From contig CBFFRQ010000080.1 in NCBI GenBank assembly GCA_965644315.1, forward strand, positions 248,001-312,000: a DNA stretch of 64,000 nt, written 5' to 3'. Shown in pieces: positions 24,601 to 35,488 of the stretch. Both the position numbers and the translations under genes were made by a program. How positions within the stretch are numbered: the stretch's first letter is position 1; every line of letters begins with the position of its first letter. The stretch is from Caecitellus pseudoparvulus. Taxonomy: Eukaryota > Protista > Bigyra: Bicosoecida. The notes beneath the pieces were generated by a model. That model saw nothing but the letters and a program-made list of their open reading frames with translations. It had not been told where the DNA came from and made no database searches.

Positions 24601-26187
24601 CAGCACGAGCCTGCAGGTGTCCCCCTAGCAACGGACGAGCCCCCACGCAGCACCCACGCTGCACCCGGCAGGCGCGAGCTCTGGCAGCATGCGGAGTCTG
24701 TCCCTCTCCAAAATCGCGACAATGGCCGCTTGCAAAGTTTGCTGCAGGCCGCAGAGGCTGTCATCACCGCTCGCAGGCAAGGAGACCGCCCCCCTCAAGC
24801 CAGCACTTCGCAGCAGAGCTCGCAAAACAGCCAGCCTGCACCTGCATCGCCCGCTCAAGACGTCCAGACTGTGCTGACGGACGGCTTGTTCGTCCCTCGC
24901 TCGAGCGCTGCGCTGAGCAGGGAACCCCCCCCTGCCACGTCAGATGTGGAGCTGCTGCTGCAAGCTATGGAGCGAGAGCTGGCGCCGCCTCCTCACGTGC
25001 TGCGGACCACAGGCACAACGCCGCCACCGTCTGAAGATAGGGTAAGACAGGCGCCGGCTACTGAGGCCGAGGGTGTGTCCGGTGCAGGCACGCACTCTGC
25101 CCCGCTTGAGACAGCTAGCCCTGCAGAGCGGGGAGGGGGGGCGGGCGAGAGACCAGGACACGTGGCGAGCGAAGGCCCGAGCATGGACGAGCAAGACGCC
25201 CAGCAAGGCGCTACGCCCCCCTCCAAGGTGCCTGCCGGCGGAGATTCGGACGGGGCCTCCGACTGCCGGTCCACGCCGGCCACACCGCCCCCCCCGGCAG
25301 CGCCTCTGACCCCCCCGCGGGCGGTCCAGGCACTGCTGCACGGAGCAGGCGCAGATGACCTAGCCACCCTTGGGCCTGCTGCACGCCATGCGCTGACGCT
25401 GACGCTGCCAGACCGGACACCGTCCCCTGAGGCACCGGAAGACACGGAGCATGCAGCAGCCGCCTCCACCCCGACTTCTGCCGCACCACCCCCAGCACAA
25501 CCCCCACACGCCCATGCAGGAGACAGTGGGGGTGAAACAGACTCCCTTGGGTCATTGGGCACCTCCAGTCCCTCGGCACCCACCACTCCATCGGCCACGG
25601 CTGCACTGTCTGTCGCCCAGCGCCTGCATGGGCTGCGCGAGGGGGGCTCGGACAGCGACAGTCCCCTGTCAGAGCTCCCTGGGCGCTTGCCCAGTGACCT
25701 GGACAGCTCTGTGGACATGTCGGCTGATGGCGCCGCTGCCGTGGCACCGACTTCGCCCTCACCTGCGCGTGCTGATGCGGTGCCTCTGGATGAGTTTGGT
25801 CAGCCGCTGCAGGGGCTGGATCTCCTGCAGCAGACTCACTCGGCCGTGGAAGTGCGCTTCACTGCGCCTCCGCTGAAACTGCGCCTTGAGGCCACGGGCG
25901 TTGACGAGGAAGACGGGCTGGAGCTGGGGGCAGCTGTGAAGGAGGTGAGCGCCGACTGCCAGGCGCATGGAGTGCTGGACGAGGGGGACCTTCTCGCGCA
26001 AGTCACCATCCACCCGAATGACGGAGGGGAGGAGGTGTCCTACGAGCTACTAGACGTCGGGTACGCAGACATCATGGACCTGCTCAAGACAGCTGCCCGT
26101 GGGTTGAGAAAGCAGCGCATGCAGGTTACCTTGCTGGCTTTCAGAGCACCCCCGCAAGGCCAGCAGTCGCTCCACACTGCGCCCTGA
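21691..26187 (+). CDS. Kinesin motor protein with two PDZ-like domains (introns 21772-21848, 21930-21999, 22087-22155, 22257-22328)
   Basis: IQVVCRFRP, FKFDHVFGP, P-loop AYGATGTGKTYT, switch I NANSSRSH, switch II VDLAGAE, HVPLRASKLTRLL. PDZ-like segments at about 23870-24170 and 25845-26145. Confidence 0.88.
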
Positions 26188-26327
26188 CCCCCCCCTCTAA
26201 GTGCTTGCTCAACAATGCACCATCCCCCACCACCCGTACACTTTTTCAACCCTTCCCTCCCTTCCCTGCTGGCGTGCACCAGGTCTAGCTCCACCTTCGC
26301 GAGCGGGATTTTGCGGAAATTGACACC

Positions 26328-27960
26328 ATGGCACCTCGACAAGCCGCGTCCCGGGGCGGGGAACCGCACCACGTGGGCAACTATGTCATCCCAGCTCTTG
26401 ACAAGAAGATTGTCAAGGAGGAGGACATCTCCTTCCTGGGTGACCACCACGCTGACAAGCCCCTGCTGCAGCGGCTGAACTACCTGCACGTCTTCATTCT
26501 CTTCGGCGTGCCGGCCCTTGCGCTGTACGGCTTGGCAACATGGACTTTCAATTGGTACACTGTTGCTTTTGCTGTCGCATACTACTGGTGGAGCGGCCTG
26601 GGCATCACAGCCGGTGCGTGCCCTGCGTCACGCTCCTGCCTTGCCAGCGCGAAACGCGAACTTGCGTTGCCGTGCGGATGGCCGTGTCCTGCCGTGCGGA
26701 AGCTCCGCCGTGGGCAGAGAGAGACGTTGTCGTGTGTTTCATCACTGTCGTGTCATGGGTGTCGGAGCTGTCCGCTGCGCTGAAGTGCTGTGCCGCCTGC
26801 GGCTTCCGATTCACCCGATGAGATGCTGATGCTGCGGAACCTGGGAGCACGCACTTCACCACGTCACGCCCTGCTCCTCGCAGGCTACCACCGCATGTTT
26901 GCACACAAGGCCTTCCGTGTTCAACGGTGGTTCGAGTGGGTCCTGGCCTGCATGGGCGCTGCAGCGGTGGAGGGCTCCATCAAGTGGTGGTCCCGTGACC
27001 ATCGGTGCGTGGCTCTGATGCTGGCCTGAGCCAGCGGCGCCTCTTGCACGGCGACCCTGCCCCCGCTCCCTGTGCAGTGCACACCATCGCTACGTGGACA
27101 CCGGCAAGGACCCGTACTCTTCTTCCAAGGGCTTCTGGCACGCTCACATTGGCTGGATGCTGTGCAAGCAGGAGCCTGGGCGCATCGGGCATGCGGACAT
27201 CCAGGACTTGAAGGACAACCCCGTCGTGGCTTTCCAGCACAAGTACTACGGGGCCTTTGCCCTGGTGTGGGGCTTCCTGGTGCCTGCTCTCGTCGCTGGT
27301 CTGTGGGGCGATGCATACGGTGGCTTCTTCATCGCGGGGTGCGCCAGGCTGGTGTTCGTGCACCACTCCACCTTCTGTGTGAACTCCGTCGCGCACTACG
27401 CCGGTGACCAGACATACACTGACGGCCACACTGCGCGCAACTCCATCATCACTGCCCTGCTGACCATTGGGGAGGGGTACCACAACTTCCACCACGAGTT
27501 CCCCTCGGACTACCGCAACGGCGTGGAGTGGTGGCAGTATGACCCCACCAAGTGGTTCATCCGCACGCTGGAAGTGCTGGGCATTGCCCACCGCCTGCAG
27601 CGCTTCTCCAAGGACGAGATCTTGAAGGGTGAGCTTCAGATGAAGCACAAGCACCTTCAGGAGGACATGTCCAAGATCTTCTGGGGCCCTGACCCAGCTG
27701 TGCTGCCCGAGTACACCGAGGCTGACGTGGCTCGCTTGCACAAGCAGAACGGCAACAAGTGGCTCATCATTGACGGGTTCGTCATTGATGCCACTGACTT
27801 CATCGAGGAGCACCCTGGTGGCGCAGGCTACATCAAGTCACACCTGGGCAAGGACGCAACTGAGGCCTTCACGGGCGCCACGTACAAGCACTCCAACGCA
27901 GCACACAACACTGCTCGTAAGCTGCGTGTTGGGCGTGTAGTGAAGGCCAAGTCCGACTGA
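26328..27960 (+). CDS. OLE1: Acyl-CoA delta-9 desaturase with C-terminal cytochrome b5 (OLE1-type; introns 26614-26883, 27005-27077)
   Basis: His boxes HRMFAH, HRAHH (restored by splicing) and YHNFHH. C-terminal FIEEHPGG...KDATEAF...HSNAA b5 domain. Confidence 0.93.
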
Positions 27961-28463
27961 CCAGGCCCGGGGCTTGGGACCAATTGAATGCAAGGTCCCC
28001 TTCACAGCAACAGCACCATAGGCGGCGGGAACCCAACGCTCCTGCCGCATGTGGGAAAGTACGCCGGCCCACATGCCTCAACAGAGATGCTGCTGCAATG
28101 TTGACCGTGTGATGAGTCGGCAAGGCTTGAAGCTGCGCCATCGACATACTTCGCTGGCCAACATGGCCATGGGCAGCAAGAGCAGGTCTGCGCAGAGGCC
28201 GTGCAAGCAAACGGCAGCGGGGCCAGCTGGACTCACTACAGCAGGCAGTGCCACTGGCCCCATGTGCCGGTAACACGGCGGGTGGCTTATGCTTGCAACG
28301 CTCAAGCCTGCGATCGAAGCTGTCGCAGCTACCGCCGCTGGCGTTAACTCGGGAGCAGTGCCGCACCGGGCGCACAACCCAAGCGTAGGGCACAGCGTCA
28401 TGACAGACACCTTGCCCTGCAGCCGCGGCCAGTGCTCGGTGCCCCTGACTGGGGCGCAGCGCC

Positions 28464-31065
28464 ATGGCCGCGACACCAGCTGAAGTGCCCTTCGTCAGGC
28501 ACCAGGTTGCAATGAGCAAGACGACGTCGTGGGCACGCTCACCAGCCCAACGGCCGGGCATGGCCGCCGAAAAACGAGATGCTGAAGCCCATTTCAAGCC
28601 CCCAGGCATGGAGAGTGGCGCGGCAAGCCAGGAAGGAGCTGGGCCAGTTTCCGCCCTCCCCGGCTTGCCTCCTGGCTGGGTTGATCCACGAGCAGCTTCC
28701 GTAGCGTGTCAGTGCGCCTGTGTCCCTGCTCGATGTGTGACCTCTTTCATGGGAGCCAGTACTGTCAGCCAGCGGGGGTGGATGATGTATGACTGGGCTG
28801 ACAGCATCTTCGTCGTCGCTTCAACGTGAGTTCACGTGCCGACGCAGCTGTGCTTTGTGCACTGCAGCAGCAACAGCGAGGTGCCTGGCCAGCCGCCTTA
28901 CCCTCCCCTGTCCCCGACGCAGGTTGTTTGTGGCCCCCTTCATCACGGACTTGGCCAAGGCTAACGGGGAGTCAGACCCGCGGGCGTTCTACTCCTTCGT
29001 GCAATCGGCGTCCACCATCGCCTCCATTCTGGCCTATGTCTTGCTCTCTGGCCTGGGAGAGTTTGGCGGCACCAAGAATACCCTGGCTCGCATCGCTGCA
29101 CTCACGGGTGGCGTCTGTACGACTCTGTTCTTCTGCGTCGTCGTGCCAGAGATGGTGTGGGTGGCTGCCGTCCTCTTCATCGTTGCCCGGGTGGCCTCCA
29201 GGATCACTGGCTTGATGATGGACGCCCTGCTGTCAGAGGTCAGCCACCACGACGACTGGGTGGCCCACAACGTGTCAGCAAAGGCAGTCACCCTGGGCTA
29301 CACTGGCATGATTGCTTTCGTCATCCTCGTCGCTCCCATCGTGGTGCTGCCCACCTTCTTGGGCATGGACAGCGGCAGCGACACTCGCCAGTGGCTGGAG
29401 CAGCGCATCCCCCTGGGGCTGTGTGGCGTCTGGTGGACGGCCTTTGCCATGGTTGCCTTCGCGTGGCTTGATAAGTACCCAGGGAAGCCGTTCCCCCCCG
29501 AGGCGGGGCACGGGTCCAAGGCACAGCAGGTATGCTGGACCACCCGCATGGGCATGCTGGAGCAGTGGAGCGCCATCAAGACCATGCTGTCTTTCCCGGA
29601 CGTGGGCCGATTTCTCCTGGCATGGATGTTCCTGTCAGATGCCTCAAGCACTGCCACCAGCATGGCTGTCCTGGTTGCCAGCGCCATCGGCCTGTCGGTG
29701 GTGCAGCAGGGCGTCGCTGCCATCATCGGCTTGGTAACGGCGGCGCTGGGCATGACAGGCTTCCGCTTCCTTGTCAAAGTTGGTGTACTGACGCCGTTCT
29801 GGGCACTGCAAGTGAACATCTGCGTCCTGGCAGTCATGCTTGTGTTTGTCCCGTTCCTGCGCTCGGCGTGGGAAGTGTACCTGCTCACAGCAGTCGGCGG
29901 CGTCAACGTCGGCTCCATTGCCTCCTTCACGCGGTCCATGCTGGCTACCATGATCCCCAAGGGCTTGCAGAGCAACTTCTTTGCCGTGTACGAGTTGACA
30001 CAGAAGGGCACCTCGTGGATCGGCCCACTGGCCATTGGCGCCATCACCGCCGCCTTGAAGGACAACTCCTCGTCCACCTTTGTCCTCATCACGGTCATCG
30101 TGATTTTTGTGGAGATCGCCATCGGCGCCCCCATTTTCTGCTGCGTCAATGTCAAGCGAGGGCAAGAGCTGGCTGCCAGCCACTCCAGTGATGATGCCAG
30201 CACCGACACGGAGAACCCCGTCGCGACACACTCGCCCTCTCCCCTCGACACGAGCAGTGAGCAAAGGAAGCCGTCCCGGCGCAGCCGCTGTGGCATTGAA
30301 AGCGCGTCAGATCCCTCTTCCCGGGGCAACTCCCTCTCCAGTACTGTGGGGGGCAGCCACCACACAGGGCAGACTCAGCAGGGCACTGCGTCCGATGTCG
30401 GGCGCGCGTCGTCTGTCTCCACGGCAGCGCACATTGAAATGTCGGCAACCAGTGGCCCCCTGCCCATGCCGAAATCATCCCGTGGTGGCAGCACTGGCAC
30501 CATGCACCGCCCTGCAGAGGCCAAGCTGACATCCTCCACTTCGACCCAGCTCAGTGCGTCTGCGCCTGTCGCACCCCCCCACGAAGCAATGGGGGACGGT
30601 GGTTCAGGCAACCCAGCGCCAGCCGCCATCCCACGCCATGTTTCATCGGCCTCCATTTACAATCGGGGCTCGCTGTCTGCGCCACCTGGGCGGGCCCAAT
30701 CAGTGGGGGGCGCACATGCTCGCAGCGGGACAACCTCCCAGCCCGGCGCAGCCAGCGCCCCGGCGACGCCCCGCTCCCTCGGCGCTGGTGTGGACCCGCA
30801 CGCCTTGCGCAGTGCGCTGCACGCGGCTGGAGGCTCCAGGCGGCGTCCCTTTGCAGCTGAGCCCCGTGCGTCAATCACTGCTCCTGATGATACAGAGGAG
30901 CTGTACCCGTCAGCACAGACCAGCCGCGCACAGAGCTTGCCTGCCGCGCCCTCAACCCTTGCCGCTCGGGCAGCCCTTGATAGTAGTGATGGGCCAAGAA
31001 CCTCTCGGGACGTGGGGGCAGCTGCAGTGCATGTCCATGCATCTCCCCTGAATTCCCATGAGTGA
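28464..31065 (+). CDS. Atg22/UMF1-family MFS transporter with long disordered C-terminal tail (intron 28826-28922)
   Basis: GWMMYDWADS, FLLAWMFLSDA, RSMLATMIPKG...FFAVYELTQKGTSWIGPL and about 12 hydrophobic segments. Start codon uncertain (28464/28512/28560). Confidence 0.8.
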
Positions 31066-31180
31066 TGCTCTTGTGATCTGTACATTTTTGTCGCATTTCC
31101 GTCGGATGGTTGGCACCCCTACGTTCGGCTTGCCAGGTCCCGCCAATGCATGCTGCTCTTCATTCGAACCCTAAGCCTGC

Positions 31181-31959
31181 CTAGTCAAGGGCCTTCTCAG
31201 CCGCCTCCAAGGCGCCTGCGTGCTCGGCCTTCAGGCAATCATACACAGCCTGCAAGTGTGCGTCACGCCTGGACGGGCCCAACGCTACGAACAGCTTCAG
31301 AAAGTACTCAATGTTCGGGCCAGACGGACCATGCGAAGCTGCAATGACACGTGCCACAGCCTCAGGTGGCTCATACCCTGCAAAGTGCTCGTTGTCGTCG
31401 GTACCCACGAACGCTAACGCTTCAAAGCTGTCGCCAGCTTCGGTCGTGACGGTCACGAGCTTCTGGGCGTAGCCTGCCTTCTCCCTGAACAGCAGTCCCC
31501 GCATGACATCCAGCCCCGCCGATGCTGGCACATGAAAAGCTTTGCCGTGCACTTCGCTGCTGTCCACTGCTTCAGCTGAAGGGCTCGACACGCCTTCCAG
31601 CTCGAGAGCGACATCGGCTTCCAGCAGTGTGCAGACTCGGCCTGGGTGATCTGGAGTTCCTCGGTGATCAGGGCTCGCTTGCCAGAACCGCCGAGCCAGA
31701 CCCTTCACAGAGCAGTTCACTTCTTTGTCATGCTCAAAATCCACCTGCGCCATGTCAAGTGCCTGGTGCCGCTTCAACAGCAGCGTTCAGCCGCACCAGC
31801 AGCCCACCTCACCTTCCACACCACACTCCCATACCCGAACAGCCAGAACCCCTTCGAAGCATCCACGATCACGTCCATGGCCTTGTACGTAACGCCGCCA
31901 TGTTCGATGGCTTCTCCAATCCCGGCTTGCCCCACCGAGGCGGGCACGTCAGAAGCCAT
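31181..31959 (-). CDS. CHAC: Glutathione-specific gamma-glutamylcyclotransferase ChaC (intron 31745-31812)
   Basis: WLFGYGSVVWK, RRFWQASPDHRGTPDHPGRVCTL, REKAGY, GPSGPNIEYFLKL. Confidence 0.93.
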
Positions 31960-32350
31960 CCTCACGGACCCGACTGCGGAATTCGCTTGCAGATGCAGCC
32001 ACGCCTGAGGGCAGAGCGACGCTCCCACGCGAAAAAGCGCCCAACCACGCAAAGTCCCGTCACATACATCGCCGTGAAATATGGATGGGGGTGATTTGTT
32101 CGCTCGAGAAACCAGCATGCTCTGAAAGGCGTGAGCCAAACTCGCCATGAGGAAGCCATGCGAAGCCAAGCGGAGCAATTGACAAGGGAGTTAAATACAT
32201 CCCTGCATCTTTTGGCGTGGATCGCAAGCCACAGCATTGAAATCAGGAACGCTCCTCCATTTCGCTGCAACCTCGTCTGCTTGGAATGACGAGCGCGCCT
32301 CACTGGGATAAGTGTAGAGGAGAAACGCAAGGAAAACGCAGCAAAACAGC

Positions 32351-33881
32351 ATGCATACCCAGGCACCGAACACCCTTGCACAGCAGCAACGCCCTGCGAT
32401 CAGAGCTCAGTGTGTGCTTAGCTTCATGTTCCTTGTCGCCTTTACCATCTTCTCGACTCAAGCACTAGCCGTGGCTCAAGATGCTCGCGGCCCTCCCGGT
32501 GACGATCTGTTCAAATGGTGAGCTTCGATATGAGGCTGCCCACCACGCATGCAGGCACTCAGGAACGCGTGAAGCACACAGGTTGAGTGCACAGGGCATG
32601 AACACTCACGGACTAGTGATAAATGCAACACCTGCAGGCTTTCGGGTATCAGCAGGTTCTGATGATGGCCGAGAGCTGAGGGTGCCGGCACGGGTGTGCA
32701 TCTCGCTGTACACTGCACAGCAGCACCCCAAACTGAACGCATCCTGGATACCCAACACCGATCATGGAAGTTTTCCATCTCTCTACCAGCTTGCCAGTAT
32801 CTCAGCTGTGCTGGCGGTGGAGGCAGCTGCCGGTGAAAGCTCTGCTTATGCTCCATGGCTTGACCTGCTTGCAGCGGATACACTGCGCCCGGAACCGCCG
32901 CAAAAATGGCCACCAGCTGACCAGGCGAATCTAGAGCTTGCAGACCTGCATGGGGACTACTGGCAGACGCAATCGGCCCTCCTGCAAGACATCGCCCACA
33001 TCGCACAGGGAATGCTCCACGCATCCCAAGGCAGCATGGACACTGAAATAGCTTGGGCGGCCGCCCATACTCTGCGGAACTGGGTCCCTGGCGGGTCTGC
33101 TGGGGCCGTGTTGTGTCCACTTATTGATTTGGTGGAAGTGGACCCATCTGGCCGGTCGTTAGAGAACATTGTCTTGCCAGCCCAGCAAACAGCCCTGGGT
33201 GAACAGCAACCTGTCATTGTTGGCTACAAGCTCCCCGGAACCGCGCAGCCGAATCGCGCGGACTTCTTGAGGAAATTGGATCCTCGAGTTGAGGGTGGGT
33301 GCGCTGCCCAGTATGTCGCGCGGTCTGGCGTGTGGCACCACAGCTACTCCAATGCCTCGTGCTTCAAGCTGAGCCTTTCCGTCCCGAACGACAGGCAAGC
33401 GCAAACTGCAATCACGATGTTCCGGCGCGGAGCCCTCCAAAGAGCGGGGCTGATTCATGATGCTGCTAACTCCACCGCTATTGACTTTGTGCTTCAACGG
33501 TCTCAGAGTTTCTTGCCTGTATCGCTGCTGCAAAGTGTCCGCTTGGCCGTGCTGCGATGGGACGATGCCGGCGCGTACGCCATGCAACCGAACGCTCAAG
33601 CGCCCATTTCACTTGACAACGAACTTGCCGCTCTGCGAGCCCTACGTGATGCTTTTCGAGGACGACAGGCGGTGTACAGCGCCAAGTTGGGCCTTGCAGT
33701 GGAGCAGCGACATCTATCGGCGCGGGTCGCAGACCTCACGCAACACCAGCTAACCGCGCTGCAGCTGAACTCTGCCACCCTTGAAGTCGCAAAGCACGCG
33801 GAGAAGTTGGCCAGGCAGCAGTGGGAGCAAATTTTCGATGCGGATACAAAGACGTTGCTGCAAGGTAGTCCTGGTGCCTGA
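32351..33881 (+). CDS. Divergent SET domain / Rubisco-LSMT-like protein with N-terminal signal peptide (intron 32518-32581)
   Basis: Splicing gives LFKWLSAQG. ESSAYAPWLDLL, WAAAHTLR, LCPLIDLV and PISLDNELAALRAL resemble the SETD3/LSMT family. MFLVAFTIFSTQALA signal peptide from the ATG at 32426. Confidence 0.6.
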
Positions 33882-33998
33882 CTCTGCTCGGTGGACAGCG
33901 GGTGCCACCCGCGCTGCGCGAGCAAAACCAGTCTGGCCAGTGTTGCGCCCTCATAGACACGAAGCTTGTGCTCTCAACTGCTCGCACGCTTTCCCACC

Positions 33999-35183
33999 AT
34001 GAAACAGGTGCTGGTGGTCATCGGCCTGGCAGCTGCAGCTGCAGCTGCCTCGGCCTCACGCACCTTGCCTGCTGGATATGTCCACACGCCGGCCGGAGGC
34101 ATGCGGGAAGACTGCGTGCACGCAGTGCCTTCCGGGTCAGAGCTAGTTGACGACGGAGACGCGATGGCTGTGGTTTTGAACGGCCGGGTTGTGGCCAAGC
34201 ACCCCCACTGCCTAGGAACCACTAAAACTCCAGTTATGGCTGCTGCACTGGCAGGCGACAAAGCCAGTGGATCCCTTCGCGGCCCCCCAACACTTCAGCG
34301 CGGGCTACAGCTCCCGCCTGACTATGACGGCTGGATTGAGTACACTGCTGCTAATGTTTCTGACACCTACGATGCTTTCTTGGGCTTCTTCAGCGTGCCC
34401 AACACCCCTCCCAGTGTGTGCTCCGTGCTGCACTGCACTTGCCCAAGACGCGAGGCATGCGCTTTCTCTCGCCCTCACAGACCAACCAGACATCCTGTAC
34501 CTTTTTACTGGTATGTTTGGCACCTTGTGCACATGCTGGCCCTTCCACCCACCCGCCCCTTGCCTCCCTGAACAGGAGTACAAAACATCAACTGGATTCC
34601 CAAGGTGGACCCCATGCCCAGCCAACCATTTGACATTCTGCAGCCAGTGCTTCAGTACCCAGCGGATGACAGGTAATCGAGCCGCATTCTTGCATTGTGT
34701 GTTCCAGCAAGACATTCCTCTCTGCCCCTGCACCTCTTCAGGAGCGACTCTTGGTCAATCAAGAGCTGGTACGTGACAGTCAACTCTGGAGCCTACTTCT
34801 CGACCGAGATCAAAGTGCAGCCGGGCGACAACATCTTTGGCAATATGACGCGCCTTGGACCAGAGCAGTGGCTCGTGAACTCTGTCAGCTCCAAGACAGG
34901 TCAACAGACGCTCATCAAGCCTTCTCACCCAAGGCTGGCCAAGCAGCCGTGGGCGTACAACACCCTTGAGTGCTACGGCTGCCAGGACTGCTCAACCTAC
35001 CCTTCCAATCCGACGTACTTCACGCATCTGGCCCTGACATGCGGGGGGAAGCCGTGTCCGCCTTCCTGGCGCGCCAACCCTGACATGGACCCGGTGAAGA
35101 AGTGCCACGAAGGCCTGTCTATCCAGGACCCAGCCACCGTCACCATCACCTTTGGAGCAGGCTCCTCCAGCTCAGACGAGTGA
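33999..35183 (+). CDS. Secreted protein, peptidase G1/concanavalin-A-like fold (3 introns)
   Basis: Signal peptide MKQVLVVIGLAAAAAAASA, propeptide-like TPAG..DCVHAVPSG, mature region YLFTG.QN, ILQPVLQY, SWYV, VQPGDNIFGNM, TLECY. Confidence 0.6.
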
Positions 35184-35488
35184 TATCCTCATAACAGCAA
35201 AGTGCCCCCATTCCTTTGCTCGAATGCAAAACAGTGACCACCCATTCCCGATCGATGCGGGACACACGTTGGGCCAGAGCTGCTCCTCCCCACGAGTAAA
35301 ACCCACAACGCAAAATTCCACGACTCTGCACGCATCACAGAGAGTGCAAAAGCGCGTGTAAGCGATCTCGCCTTCACTTCCCGGCCTCGACTCCCTCCAC
35401 TGAAAGCTGGAGGAGCAGGAGCCCACTGCATCGAGTGGTGTGACACAGGGGAGGGACCGGCTTCTACTCCCCCTGACCATACCTCAAC

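Noticed and set aside
28109-28200. GTGATGA box-C-like motifs here and at about 42349
   Set aside because: No box D at a suitable distance, no terminal stem and no rRNA antisense element.
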